This document shows positions 43,214-53,715 of a stretch of DNA of 64,000 nt, piece by piece. The notes under the pieces are model-generated. The model had not been told where the DNA came from, did not search any database, and was given only the letters and a program-made list of their open reading frames with translations. The first letter of the stretch is position 1. Each line of letters starts with the position of its first letter. The position numbers and the translations under genes were made by a program. This DNA is from Cyanophyceae cyanobacterium (lineage in GTDB: Bacteria > Cyanobacteriota > Cyanobacteriia > Cyanobacteriales > JBHJGN01): assembly GCA_050331735.1 (NCBI GenBank), contig JBHJGN010000011.1:1-64000 (forward strand). The letters run 5' to 3'.

Positions 43214-45562
43214 TTATCTAACTGCCTGCAATTGCAAAGCTTCCTGCTCAGACATTACCTGAACGCCGCTTTCGTTGGCATCAACAACAACCGTGTCTCC
43301 ATCCTTGACCTGACCAGATAGAATTGCCTCCGCTAAGCTATCCTCTAGCATCGACATGATGGCGCGGCGGAGGGGTCGAGCCCCGTATTTAGGATCGTAT
43401 CCTTGCTCGACGACGCGCTCTTTGAACGACTCGGTAACTTCCAACGACATCTCTCGCTCAGCGTGGAGACGAGTAGAGATTTCTTGGAGGAGGATATCGG
43501 CAATGTCCTTGACCTCATCTTTGGTCAACTGACGGAAGACGATGATCTCGTCAAGGCGGTTGAGGAACTCAGGACGGAAGTAATTTTTGAGTTCTTCGTG
43601 AACGCGATCGCGGATGCGATTGTACTGGGCTTCTTCGTGATCAGCAAACTCAAATCCAAGTCCGCTACCGCCTTTTTCGATGACCTTAGAACCAATGTTG
43701 GAGGTCATGATGACTACGGTATTCTTGAAGTCTACGGTGCGACCCTGAGCATCGGTGAGGCGACCGTCATCGAGAAGCTGAAGCATCAGGTTAAAGACAT
43801 CGGGATGCGCTTTTTCGATCTCGTCAAAGAGCAGCACCGAGTAGGGGCGACGACGCACGGCTTCGGTCAACTGTCCGCCTTCGTCGTAGCCGACGTATCC
43901 CGGAGGAGAACCGATCAGCTTAGAAACCGTATGCGGCTCCATAAATTCGGACATATCGAGTCGAATCATCGCGTCCTCAGACCCAAACAGATAGGTGGCG
44001 AGGGCTTTCGCTAGCTCGGTCTTACCGACCCCAGTCGGACCAGAGAACACTAGGCTAGCAATCGGACGATCCGGGTCTTTCATCCCGACGCGGGCGCGAC
44101 GCAGAGCGCGGGAAACGGCTTTCACTGCTTCGTCTTGACCAACCACCCGTTCGTGCAGAGTGGCTTCGAGGTGCAGCAGCAGCTCGGACTCTGATTCAGT
44201 CATCTTAGTCACGGGTACGCCAGTCCAAGAGGCGACAATCTGGGCAATTTCCTCGGCATCAACGACCGGAACTAAAGACTGAGGATTGATTACCGGAGCG
44301 TCTGACTCATCATTTGGCTTCTGCATCGAGTGGCGCAGATGGGTGCGAGAACCGGCTTCATCGATCAAGTCGATCGCCTTGTCGGGCAGAAAGCGGTCGG
44401 AAATGTAGCGATCGCTCAGCTCAGCAGCGGCTTTAAGCGCTCCGTCGGCAAACTTAACTTTGTGAAACTCCTCGTAGGTCTTTCTTAAGCCTTGCAGAAT
44501 TTCTAAGGTTTCTGCGACGGTCGGTTCGCCCACCATAATTGGCTGGAAACGGCGCTCTAGGGCAGCGTCTCGCTCGATGTACTGGCGGTACTCGTTCAGA
44601 GTGGTGGTGCCTAAGCACTGCAATTCTCCTCGCGCTAGAGCTGGCTTGAGCATATTGGCTGCATCCATGCTGCCGCCCATTGCACCAGCACCAACGAGAG
44701 TATGGATCTCATCGATGACGAGAATAATGTTGCCTTTCTCTTTGACCTCGTTAACAATCGTCTTGAGACGTTCTTCAAATTCGCCTCTAAACTTCGTTCC
44801 GGCAACTAGCGCCCCCATATCGAGGCTAATAACTTGCTTGTCGTGGAGCAGTTCGGGTACGTCGCCGCTAACGATGCGTTGCGCCAGTCCTTCGGCGATC
44901 GCCGTTTTACCGACTCCCGGTTCTCCGACTAAAACGGGATTGTTTTTAGTCCGGCGACTGAGAATCTGAATCGCTCGCTCGACTTCGCGATCGCGCCCAA
45001 TAATAGGGTCAATCTTGTCTTCAGCGGCTAGCTGAGTGAGGTTAGTGCTGAATTCTGCCAATTTCGCCTGTTGGCTACCGGATTCAAACCCAAACCCAGA
45101 ATTCTGTTTGGCTCCAACGATCGCAGCAGCCTCGCCAGAATTTTTGATGATGCGCGTTCGTAGCTGGGCTAGATCGACGCCCTGCTCGACCAAGACTTTT
45201 GTCGCAACGGATTCTTTATCTTTAATCAGGGCCAAGAGAAGATGTTCTGGAGCAAGATAATTTTGTCCGAGCTGACGAGCTTCTTGAAGAGATTGCTCAA
45301 AAATGCGCTTCACTTTGGGCGTAAACGGCAGATTTGCTGGACTATATCCCGGACCTTTGCCAGTTAATTTTTCTATAGTACTCCGCGTACTGGCCAGGGA
45401 GATTCCTAAATCTTTTAATGCTACGGCAGCGACAGACGTTCCCTCTCCCAGCAAGCCCAGGAGCAGGTGCTCGGTTCCTACCAAGTTATGACCAGAGCGC
45501 CGCGCTTCTTCCTGAGCGAGCATAATAGATTTAATGGCTTTATCTGTAAAATGTTCAAACAT
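43214..45562 (-). CDS. clpC: ClpC-type Clp protease ATPase paralog with shortened middle domain
   Basis: MFEHFT..A..AQEEARR Clp-N repeats, two AAA+ domains, LGF ClpP-docking loop. Confidence 0.9.
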   Translation of the reverse strand: MFEHFTDKAIKSIMLAQEEARRSGHNLVGTEHLLLGLLGEGTSVAAVALKDLGISLASTRSTIEKLTGKGPGYSPANLPFTPKVKRIFEQSLQEARQLGQNYLAPEHLLLALIKDKESVATKVLVEQGVDLAQLRTRIIKNSGEAAAIVGAKQNSGFGFESGSQQAKLAEFSTNLTQLAAEDKIDPIIGRDREVERAIQILSRRTKNNPVLVGEPGVGKTAIAEGLAQRIVSGDVPELLHDKQVISLDMGALVAGTKFRGEFEERLKTIVNEVKEKGNIILVIDEIHTLVGAGAMGGSMDAANMLKPALARGELQCLGTTTLNEYRQYIERDAALERRFQPIMVGEPTVAETLEILQGLRKTYEEFHKVKFADGALKAAAELSDRYISDRFLPDKAIDLIDEAGSRTHLRHSMQKPNDESDAPVINPQSLVPVVDAEEIAQIVASWTGVPVTKMTESESELLLHLEATLHERVVGQDEAVKAVSRALRRARVGMKDPDRPIASLVFSGPTGVGKTELAKALATYLFGSEDAMIRLDMSEFMEPHTVSKLIGSPPGYVGYDEGGQLTEAVRRRPYSVLLFDEIEKAHPDVFNLMLQLLDDGRLTDAQGRTVDFKNTVVIMTSNIGSKVIEKGGSGLGFEFADHEEAQYNRIRDRVHEELKNYFRPEFLNRLDEIIVFRQLTKDEVKDIADILLQEISTRLHAEREMSLEVTESFKERVVEQGYDPKYGARPLRRAIMSMLEDSLAEAILSGQVKDGDTVVVDANESGVQVMSEQEALQLQAVR

Positions 45563-45675
45563 AAAATATAAGGAGAAGAGGATTCGGTGTGGTCTATCCT
45601 TAATGTATCTTTACGTGCAGCATCTCCCCAGTGGGAAAAGCCGTAATCTATCAGGAGGTTTCCCGCCAATGAAGA

Positions 45676-45766
45676 TGTCCCTTTGGGACGGGGAAGCGCG
45701 CTAGAGGCGCGGGGGAAATGTCCCTTTGGGACGGGGAAAGGGGAAGGGGCAAAGGGGAAAGGAAAG
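45676..45766 (+). repeat. GGGGAAA-heptamer/hairpin composite repeat (partial)
   Basis: Two TGTCCCTTTGGGACGGGGAA units plus GGGGAAA runs. Confidence 0.75.
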
Positions 45767-45900
45767 CAAAAAGTATCTGAGTCAGCTCCTACACAGAGAG
45801 TCTGTCAGATTAGCTTACTCTCAATCAGGAGGTACTCTGCTGGAGAAACGCTTAACTTTTGAGGAGTAAGGCTAAGAGCTAATCGCTAACAGCTAAACCC

Positions 45901-46311
45901 TCATTTAGGTAAAATGTCTGTTGAGGACTGCAACAATTCAACGAGATTGCCGTCTGGATCGCGAAATAGAGTGGTGACGATTCCCCACTCGGTGAATTTC
46001 CAAGGCTCGTTGAGAAATTCTACCCCTTTAGACATTAAGTACTGACGCGCTCGATCGACATCTTGGACTTGAAAACTTAGAGCAATGCCATCGTCTTGCT
46101 GACCAAAGACAACGGCAGTTTGTTCGCCAAAGTACTCTTTGACCTTGTGGCGCTGAATGAGAGTGAGGATAGTATCTCCAGTTTCTAATTCGGCATATTG
46201 GTTTTCTGGGTCTTCGTACTTGACGGTTAATCCGAGTACGTCCCGGTAGAACTGCAAACAAGTGGGATAATCTTCTACTAAAAGTCGGGTGTAGGCAAAC
46301 GTAAACTGCAT
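45901..46311 (-). CDS. VOC/glyoxalase family protein
   Basis: FYRDVLGL, FQVQDVD, WG..TLFRDPDGNLVEL. Confidence 0.9.
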   Translation of the reverse strand: MQFTFAYTRLLVEDYPTCLQFYRDVLGLTVKYEDPENQYAELETGDTILTLIQRHKVKEYFGEQTAVVFGQQDDGIALSFQVQDVDRARQYLMSKGVEFLNEPWKFTEWGIVTTLFRDPDGNLVELLQSSTDILPK

Positions 46312-46425
46312 CGGTTCCTCCTGCTGATATCCGTTGATCACAATCTTCCTATGGAAGCACTAAATGAACAAAAAGTGTCGTGCTGCCAACTCACCTAATG
46401 GGGACAAGGAAGCTGGGCGGCTGCT

Positions 46426-47121
46426 CTAGTTCGTCGTTGGGGTACACGCTTGGGCATCAGGAGATGAGACTTCTACCTCAATAGCTTCGTGTCCAGACGT
46501 TTTCAGGAGTTGAGCCACGGCGAGTTCTGCCCGCTCGTTGGCTTCGGCTAAAATTCCTTGGCTACAGGCTGCTTCCACAACTTTTTGTAACGACCGTCGC
46601 TGAGCGAGGGTTTGAAGCTGGGTCGCTGCATCGGGTCCGAGTCCTAGCAATCCTTTGTTGTAATCGTAAACTTTGGAGCGCTCTACGTCTATTTTGCTGT
46701 CGAGAATTTGAGGCGGCGGTAGCTGAATCTGAACCGTATCTTCCCTAACGGCAACATCATCCGCCGTGAGCTGACTTAAATCCACCCCGGCTCTGACTTC
46801 TCCATGAGCAATGTAGAGTAGCTTAGTTTCAGCCACAACAATCTCTCCAAGCTTCCGTTCTTGGGACGTGGGAATGACGGCTTCCATCGTAAACACTGCC
46901 GTCGTTAGTTCGCTCGCTCCGCGGATTTGATTCACAATAACAGTGGAAATATCTACTTGAGGAGCAGAGGGTGGAGCAAACAGAGTGTGTACTCCAGCAA
47001 ACAGACGGTTTCCAGTTTGCCACACTCCGAGGAAAACTAGACCAATCGCTAAGGCAGTACTGCCTCCTGTTAGTAACAGTAAGTTTCTAAAAAGGCTGCT
47101 GCGTGGTTTTGATGAATCCAT
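46426..47121 (-). CDS. DUF4230 family membrane protein
   Basis: N-terminal TM; SELTT, GEVRAGVDL, LPPPQIL, GIL.EAN.RA. Confidence 0.8.
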   Translation of the reverse strand: MDSSKPRSSLFRNLLLLTGGSTALAIGLVFLGVWQTGNRLFAGVHTLFAPPSAPQVDISTVIVNQIRGASELTTAVFTMEAVIPTSQERKLGEIVVAETKLLYIAHGEVRAGVDLSQLTADDVAVREDTVQIQLPPPQILDSKIDVERSKVYDYNKGLLGLGPDAATQLQTLAQRRSLQKVVEAACSQGILAEANERAELAVAQLLKTSGHEAIEVEVSSPDAQACTPTTN

Positions 47122-47178
47122 TACTGAGAAAACAGGAGCTAATTTTCCTCCTATTCTACTGTTGACTGTGGCTGGGCT

Positions 47179-47826
47179 TCAACTTTTAACGTCAAGGGCG
47201 ATCGCTTTGAGCACTTGCAAGAGACTCGCTGAAGATTCAGCTTCAATGAGACTAAAAGCAGGCATAATTTGATAGACAGGGGAGGCTTCGGAAAAGATGC
47301 GCACAAATTGGTAACGAATTCCGTTGGTTGCTAAGCCCCATATTGTTTTTTGATGATTTAAGCTTTGAAAAGCATAGGTAAGAAGTTGTGGGAGTCCTAC
47401 TAATGCCTCTACTCCACTATTTTTGCATTCGATGACTATTATCCAAAAAGGGACATCCGTAATTGTTTGTCTCGTTTTATTCACTGCTAAAATGTCTAGC
47501 CGTCCTTCAATTTGGGTATCTTCATCTTCAACGACAATTCGCTCGATATTTTCTTCTAAAGTAATTTTAATAGGATGTTGATAGAAACCTGCCAGACGAA
47601 ATAGGGGAGCAACGGTCAGTAACTTAACCTGTCCTTCTGAAACTTTACCTTCAAAAACGTAATGCTCAAAGTCATTGCGGATTTGGTTGAGTTCCCGTTG
47701 CTCCAACTCACTTAGAGGTTCTAAGGTCAACGGGAAAGTCAATGAACCCGGTTTTCGTGGAAAACTCAATAGTCGATGAACATCACTTAAAGATAATTTA
47801 CGAGCCTGAAGAACTGTCATCAACAT
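47179..47826 (-). CDS. Type I restriction HsdR N-terminal-like nuclease-fold protein
   Basis: GRLDIL...VIECK (PD-(D/E)xK), QLLTY, GLATNG. Confidence 0.75.
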   Translation of the reverse strand: MLMTVLQARKLSLSDVHRLLSFPRKPGSLTFPLTLEPLSELEQRELNQIRNDFEHYVFEGKVSEGQVKLLTVAPLFRLAGFYQHPIKITLEENIERIVVEDEDTQIEGRLDILAVNKTRQTITDVPFWIIVIECKNSGVEALVGLPQLLTYAFQSLNHQKTIWGLATNGIRYQFVRIFSEASPVYQIMPAFSLIEAESSASLLQVLKAIALDVKS

Positions 47827-47992
47827 AAACCCAATGCGTTACTCCTACTTTAGGCTACTTGAGCGGATGTAGAGATCTAATGGAAAAAATGGAACTAAAC
47901 AGCGATCGCCCACTTCCCAAGCAGGAACAAACCACCGCTGTAGAGACCGCTATCGAGTTAAGCTGGATCGGGTTGGGAATTGCACTGCCATC

Positions 47993-48694
47993 ATGGAAAT
48001 ACTCATCGTCGAAGATGAGCCAAATATTGCTCAGTTAATTCAACAGACGTTAGAACGAGAAGGTTTTGCCTGTCGAACCGCGGCGGATGGTTTAGCAGCA
48101 CTCAAGCTTTTTGAGCAGCAACAGCCTGATTTAGTAGTTCTCGATTTGATGCTTCCGGGTTTAGACGGGCTAGAAGTGTGTACCCGCATTCGTCAACAGG
48201 CTAGTCACAAAGATCCCTACATTCTAATGCTGACAGCCAGAGGCGAGGAAATCGATCGCGTGATTGGGTTATCTACTGGTGCAGACGATTACTTAGTTAA
48301 ACCGTTCAGCCCTAGAGAGCTAGTAGCGAGGGTTAGAGCCTTGCTGCGACGCAGCCTTCGCTACGGCGGACAACAGCAGCAGGTCCATCGCACTCAGCAC
48401 TTCATTTTAGATCTAGACCAGCACACCGCGGCTCGGCAGCTTGGGACAGAAGCACCAGACCTCCTTGACCTCACGGGGCTGGAGTTTAATCTCCTCGCTA
48501 CTTTCATTGGCTATCCGGGTCGAGTTTGGAGCCGGACTCAACTGATCGAAAAACTGTGGGGCGATGACTTTTTTGGCGATGAGCGAGTAGTCGATACCCA
48601 TATTAGACGGTTGCGTAAAAAAATTGAGCCAGATGCCGCTAATCCAACCTTTATCAAGACCGTTGTTGGTGTCGGCTACAAATTTGAAGACTAA
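47993..48694 (+). CDS. OmpR-family response regulator
   Basis: VEDE, LDLMLP, KPFS; winged helix ERVVDTHIRRLRKK..TVVGVGYKF. Confidence 0.96.
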   Translation: MEILIVEDEPNIAQLIQQTLEREGFACRTAADGLAALKLFEQQQPDLVVLDLMLPGLDGLEVCTRIRQQASHKDPYILMLTARGEEIDRVIGLSTGADDYLVKPFSPRELVARVRALLRRSLRYGGQQQQVHRTQHFILDLDQHTAARQLGTEAPDLLDLTGLEFNLLATFIGYPGRVWSRTQLIEKLWGDDFFGDERVVDTHIRRLRKKIEPDAANPTFIKTVVGVGYKFED

Positions 48695-48932
48695 ATTCGC
48701 GTTACAGATAATAATCTTTCTCCGCAACTGCTTCCCTTAAGAGGTAAGCTAACTCAGAGGAGCTAATTCTGCGGAAGGGCGGACAGCGGGCACTATTTCA
48801 GGTTTTAGACTCTTAAAACCTTGAAGGTCACTCCGGTCTGAAGAAAACGGGCACCAATCGCGACCGTTCTCTTTTGTCTTCCCCATTTTCTCCCGTTTAG
48901 GCGTACACGGTCTTCCTAGCTAACATTTCGCC

Positions 48933-50447
48933 ATGCACATTGGATTTCTCAACCCCCAAGGCAACTTCGACCCGAACAACAGCCACATCGCCAAACATCC
49001 CGACTTTGGTGGTCAACTCGTCTATGTCAAGCAAGTGGCGATCGCAATGGCTCAAGAAGGTCATCGAGTCGATATTCTTACCCGCCGAATTGTCGATCCC
49101 GAGTGGCCGGAATTTTCCGAGTTTAAAGATGTGTATCCCGGCGTAGAAAATCTCCGCATTCTGCGCTTACCCGCCGGACCCGAAGCCTTTGTCCGGAAAG
49201 AATTGCTGTGGCCGCACCTCGTCAGGGATTGGGTTCCGAGCATTCTGAAATTTTATCGAGAAGAAGGAACGCTGCCAGATGCGTTTACCACTCACTACAG
49301 CGATGGCGGACTGGCCGGGGTGTTGATTGAAGAGCAAACCGGGATTCCATTTACCTTTACCGCTCACTCCCTCGGTGCTCAGAAAATGGACAAGCTCGAG
49401 GTCACGCCGGAAAATATTAAGGAGCTAGACGACTACTATTCTTTTCGCTACCGAATTATTGCAGAACGCTTGAGCATGAATCGCTCAGCCGTCAACATTA
49501 CCAGTACGCAGCAGGAACGCTTTGAACAGTATGGGCATCGTGCCTACCAAGGAGCCGTGGAGCCGAGCAACGACACTCGCTTTTCGATTATTCCTCCGGG
49601 AGTCAATCCGAAAATCTTTGGCGCTGACGTTCGGGCCTCCGATGAAGCAGACATTCACAAGCTTGTCCAAGAAAAACTCGTGCGAGATATCGACGAATCG
49701 AGAAGAGAGTTGCCAGCGATCGTTGCGTCAAGCCGTTTAGCGCCTAAGAAAAACGTTGCTGGTTTAGTTGAAGCTTTTGCTAAGAGCGAATCTCTTCAAG
49801 AGCAAGCCAATTTTGTCCTCATCACCAGTGCTTTAGATAACCCATTCCGCGAACAAGCCGACGATGAAGCCACCGAAAAAGTGCTGGCTCCCATCCGCGA
49901 AATGGTTCAAGACCAGAATTTATGGGGCAAAATTAGCGCCTTTAGCATTCCCAGTCAGGCAGCCTTGGCCGCTACGTATCGGTTTTTAGCAAAGCGTCGT
50001 TCGGTATTTGCCCTAACCTCTCACTTTGAGCCGTTTGGTTTAGCTCCTCTAGAAGCTGTTGTCGCAGGTTTGCCAGTCATCGTGACTCAGAATAGCGGCC
50101 TCGCTGACGATCTCCGCGAGGGCGAAAAGGACTATGCGATTCTAGTCGATCCAGCCGAACCGACCGACATGGCGCGAGGACTCGAAGAATTAGTCAGCAA
50201 TCCGCAGCGCTGGGAAGAATTATTAAACAATGCTCAACAGCACGTGCTTACCTACTATACCTGGGAAGCAACGGCCAAGAACTATTTAGAGATTATCAAG
50301 CAGATTGTAGCCGAACCGAGCTCGCGTCGAGCAGAGAATTTACTTTCCATTCCCGAATACTTTAAAGAGCCATCAGACAAGGATATTTCTCTAGAGCAGT
50401 TGCAACACCTTTACTTTGAAGCGCCGCAGGCGCGGGAAAAGGAATAG
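48933..50447 (+). CDS. Sucrose-phosphate synthase-like GT4 glycosyltransferase (Halothermothrix-type)
   Basis: FLNPQGNFDP..HPDFGGQLVYVK, THYSDGG, HSLGAQKM, SSRL..KKN, EPFGLAPLEA. Confidence 0.82.
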   Translation: MHIGFLNPQGNFDPNNSHIAKHPDFGGQLVYVKQVAIAMAQEGHRVDILTRRIVDPEWPEFSEFKDVYPGVENLRILRLPAGPEAFVRKELLWPHLVRDWVPSILKFYREEGTLPDAFTTHYSDGGLAGVLIEEQTGIPFTFTAHSLGAQKMDKLEVTPENIKELDDYYSFRYRIIAERLSMNRSAVNITSTQQERFEQYGHRAYQGAVEPSNDTRFSIIPPGVNPKIFGADVRASDEADIHKLVQEKLVRDIDESRRELPAIVASSRLAPKKNVAGLVEAFAKSESLQEQANFVLITSALDNPFREQADDEATEKVLAPIREMVQDQNLWGKISAFSIPSQAALAATYRFLAKRRSVFALTSHFEPFGLAPLEAVVAGLPVIVTQNSGLADDLREGEKDYAILVDPAEPTDMARGLEELVSNPQRWEELLNNAQQHVLTYYTWEATAKNYLEIIKQIVAEPSSRRAENLLSIPEYFKEPSDKDISLEQLQHLYFEAPQAREKE

Positions 50448-50592
50448 CGCCGGTGGCGCGGGAAAAGTTGCTCCGCAACGGGAAAAGGGGAAGGGGGAAA
50501 GGGGAAAGGGAGGATGTGGCCTATTCCTTAGTTCTGTGTTCTTTCCCGTCGCTAAGCGACGTTTTTCCCCTTCCCCGTCCCGAAGGGACATA
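50420..50592 (-). repeat. Composite hairpin/heptamer element, copy A
   Basis: Core AAGAACACAGAACTAAGGAATAGGC on the minus strand; GTCCCGAAGGGAC and GTTGCTCCGCAAC hairpins. Confidence 0.8.
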
Positions 50593-50624
50593 TTCTAGAA
50601 TGAGCATGATGACAGAGGGTAAGT

Positions 50625-51740
50625 ATGGCCAAATTGAGTTTAGGAAAGCGCCTGTTTCTTTCTCACCTGCTGGTAATGGTGGTGGCGTTGGGCAGTTTTG
50701 TGCTGATTGCTAAGGTGTCTTCTCGTCCTCAGTTTGTCCTGCGTCTTCAACAGTTGGAAAGAAGAGGCATTTTTACCATTCGTTCTGGTCGCACCTACTT
50801 AATTAAGGGGTTTGAAACAGCGTGGAATCGAACCGCTTTCTGGTCAATGATTGTGGGGGCAACGACTGCTGGAGGATTAAGCTACTGGGCCTCAGCGCGA
50901 ATCGTTCAGCCTTTGGAGCAGATGGAGCAAATTACCCGCAAGCTGGCTGCTGGGGATCTGCGGGAGCGAGTACCAGAAAGCGAAATTCCGGAGCTAGATC
51001 AGCTTGGCGTTAGCTTCAACCGCATGGCAAGTAGTTTAGAGGATGTCGAACAGCGACGGCGGGAGTTGATTAGCGATTTAACCCACGAACTCCGTACGCC
51101 GTTAACGATCGTGCGCGGCTATTTGGAGGAAATGGCGGATGGCTCGATGGCTCCTTCGCCCGAGCTATATCAGCGTCTCGTGCAAGAAACGCGAAGATTA
51201 GAGCGCCTAACCAAGGATTTACAGGAGCTTTCTAAAGCAGAGGCGGGGTACTTGTCCATTAAACTGGAAGCCGTTAATGTCTGCTCTTTATTACAGTCTC
51301 TGGTGGCTCGGTTTTCCGATCAGGTTTTAGAAGAAGGACCAGTTTTTCAGCTAGACTGTCCGCCTAGTTTACCCTTGCTCCTTGCTGATGTTGACCGCAC
51401 CGAACAGATTCTGGTTAACTTGCTCGGTAATGCCGTTCGCTACACTGAACGCGGCGCGATTACCGTTAAGGCCTGGAAGCAAGATGGCTATGGGTGGATT
51501 GCCGTCAGCGATACGGGGACCGGAATTGCTGCCGAAGATTTACCGCACGTATTTGAGCGCTTTTGGCGAGCCGATCGCTCTCGGGCTCGGCACTCCGGCG
51601 GAACCGGAATTGGGCTAGCGATCGCCCGCCGCCTCGTTGAGCTTCAGGGCGGACACATTGAGGTAGAGAGTGAACTCGGGCAAGGCAGCACCTTCCGCTT
51701 CTCTTTGCCCATTGCCCCAGGAAATCAACGCAGAAGTTAG
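50625..51740 (+). CDS. HAMP sensor histidine kinase
   Basis: Two TMs, HAMP (QPL...FNRMA), [10 protein letters not shown] boxes. Confidence 0.95.
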   Translation: MAKLSLGKRLFLSHLLVMVVALGSFVLIAKVSSRPQFVLRLQQLERRGIFTIRSGRTYLIKGFETAWNRTAFWSMIVGATTAGGLSYWASARIVQPLEQMEQITRKLAAGDLRERVPESEIPELDQLGVSFNRMASSLEDVEQRRRELISDLTHELRTPLTIVRGYLEEMADGSMAPSPELYQRLVQETRRLERLTKDLQELSKAEAGYLSIKLEAVNVCSLLQSLVARFSDQVLEEGPVFQLDCPPSLPLLLADVDRTEQILVNLLGNAVRYTERGAITVKAWKQDGYGWIAVSDTGTGIAAEDLPHVFERFWRADRSRARHSGGTGIGLAIARRLVELQGGHIEVESELGQGSTFRFSLPIAPGNQRRS

Positions 51741-51923
51741 CTCACTAAATCTCTGAAAAATAACAATAAATTTAACATCGCTTAACAATAAATTAATGCT
51801 ACCGACAGATTTAATGAGACAGAGACTGCTCTACGGTAAAAACTATATTGGTAAGCTGTGTGGCGATCGCTTCCTAGTAAGGCAGTCGCCAAGGTTTACA
51901 GTTAATACAGTGGTTAATTAAAC

Positions 51924-52247
51924 ATGAGCGAAGAATCTAAAAAAGAAATTAAAAAAGACCTGCAAGAAATTAAGCCAGAACAAAGAATTCGAGAAGCCGA
52001 AGCCGGAAAAGGCGCACCGGGCGACCAAACAGCCGTGCAGATGGCCCAAACCACCGCTGTTAATCCCCCTGATGAAAAAATTCCCTCTAATGTAGATGTT
52101 CAAAAGAACGTTGCAGAAGTCCAAGCGGTAGACAAACAGGAAGAGGGCACCGGAATGACAACGACAGACGGCTACCGAGTTGAAGAGTCAGGGCGACTTG
52201 ATAACTTCCCTGTTGAGCCGGAAATGTACGTGGAGGAAGATAAGTAA
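51924..52247 (+). CDS. Small acidic hydrophilic hypothetical protein
   Basis: ATG start, E/K/Q-rich; TTDGY.V.ESGRLDNF.VEPEMY tail. Confidence 0.7.
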   Translation: MSEESKKEIKKDLQEIKPEQRIREAEAGKGAPGDQTAVQMAQTTAVNPPDEKIPSNVDVQKNVAEVQAVDKQEEGTGMTTTDGYRVEESGRLDNFPVEPEMYVEEDK

Positions 52248-52327
52248 ACCTACGCTAGCGCGTTATTTATCAGTGATTGCCACCAAGGATAAATCGGTGT
52301 TTTGTGCGCTTTGGCCGGAACACCGAT

Positions 52328-53626
52328 TTAATTCAATGCTGCTGTTAGTTGCTGTAGCGGCAGCGTAACGGTAAACGTCGAGCCACAGTTGACTTCGCTG
52401 GTAAAGCTAATCTCTCCATTGCTATAGTCAACTGACTTTTTGACAATGGCTAAGCCTAACCCGGTGCCAGAGAGGATCAGCGCTTGGTGAGCATTACTAC
52501 CGCGATAGAATGGCTCGAAGATGTGAGGCTGGTCTTCTGGAGGAATGCCGAGACCGCAGTCCTGAATTTGCAGGGTGACGCTGCTAGCCTCATAGACGAT
52601 GTTGATGCGGATCAAACTTTCCTCTGGGGAATACCACATCGAGTTAGTAAGTAGAGGACTCAAAATTTGCTGAAGCAGCTTAGCGTTTAAATAAACGGGG
52701 CGGCAGCGTTCCCCCTGAAGATCGACGGGATGAGACAGGCCAAACAGTTCCTGTAGCTCGGCAGTTAGGTGCTGACAAAACGGCTCTAGCTCAACAATCG
52801 CAGCGGATGTGTAGTCGAGGCGATCGCCTTCATGGAAAAACTCCACTTCTTCGAGGCGTTGAACCATGTGTTGAATGGCTAAGTGCATCCTGCGAAAAAC
52901 AGTCTGTTTCTGGTCTTCATTGAGAAAGGAAAAGAGCCGCTCGATGGTACTCGCCGACATGGAGAGAATGTTCAACGGGGTGCGAAACTCATGGGAAATA
53001 CTGTTGAGCAAATTGGTCTTAAACTCGCCTAGCTTTGTTTGTGCTTCTAGCTGCCTGAGAGTTGCTTCTGTTTGCTTGCGCTGGGTCAAATCTCGCATAA
53101 TCCAGCACCATCGCTGTTGCCGATGGGTCTGGGTAGACACAGAAATCTCGACAGGAATAGAAGCCGCGTCCCGGGGCTGGAGGTTGACTTCCCAGCCCAC
53201 AATTTTTTGTTGCCGTCCGAGGGCGACGATCTGAAGGCGAAACAGATCGCTGTCTGAGTCGGCGACAAAAATGCTGAGAGGCTTACCGAGCAGATACTGC
53301 TGCGGAACGCCTAGCAGGGTCGCTGCGGCCCGATTAGCACTTTGAATAGTGCCTCGGCTGTCTGTCTCTAAATAGCCGTCAGGCGCTTCTTCAAATAGCT
53401 CTAGGTAGCGCTGGCGTTCTGTTTCTAATGCGTGACGAGTTGCGATCAGTTCCTGGTTCTGCGTGTAGATTTCCTCCACCGCTACGTGCAGTTCCTCAAT
53501 GGCGATGGATAAAGCAGCGATCGCCGGCGGCAACAGTGACGGCGCCGTGCCTTTCGTTTGCTGCTCAATGAGCTGTAAGTGCTGCTGGACCGATGAAAAC
53601 CGATTTTCAAAATTAGCAATGTTCAT
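52328..53626 (-). CDS. Cytoplasmic PAS histidine kinase with N-terminal EE coiled coil
   Basis: LFEEAPDGY PAS, SHEFRTPL, DCGLGI, FYRG, GTGLGL. Confidence 0.92.
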   Translation of the reverse strand: MNIANFENRFSSVQQHLQLIEQQTKGTAPSLLPPAIAALSIAIEELHVAVEEIYTQNQELIATRHALETERQRYLELFEEAPDGYLETDSRGTIQSANRAAATLLGVPQQYLLGKPLSIFVADSDSDLFRLQIVALGRQQKIVGWEVNLQPRDAASIPVEISVSTQTHRQQRWCWIMRDLTQRKQTEATLRQLEAQTKLGEFKTNLLNSISHEFRTPLNILSMSASTIERLFSFLNEDQKQTVFRRMHLAIQHMVQRLEEVEFFHEGDRLDYTSAAIVELEPFCQHLTAELQELFGLSHPVDLQGERCRPVYLNAKLLQQILSPLLTNSMWYSPEESLIRINIVYEASSVTLQIQDCGLGIPPEDQPHIFEPFYRGSNAHQALILSGTGLGLAIVKKSVDYSNGEISFTSEVNCGSTFTVTLPLQQLTAALN

Positions 53627-53715
53627 AACTGATGTAGCAGTGCCGATGATTCCTCGCCATGAATGTCGGGGATGTTAGCAACTAGCAATTAGCTTAGCTC
53701 ATTTAAGATGACGAA

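Noticed and set aside
43403..44969. 203-aa and 130-aa plus-strand ORFs
   Set aside because: Antisense to the clpC paralog
47179..47826. Restriction-modification or defence system
   Set aside because: Lone nuclease-fold gene with no methylase, helicase or specificity subunit; a common dispersed cyanobacterial family
50391..50713. Short ORFs around 50.4-50.7 kb, and similar ones near 56.3, 57.7 and 59.7 kb
   Set aside because: Translations of the GGGGAAA composite repeat
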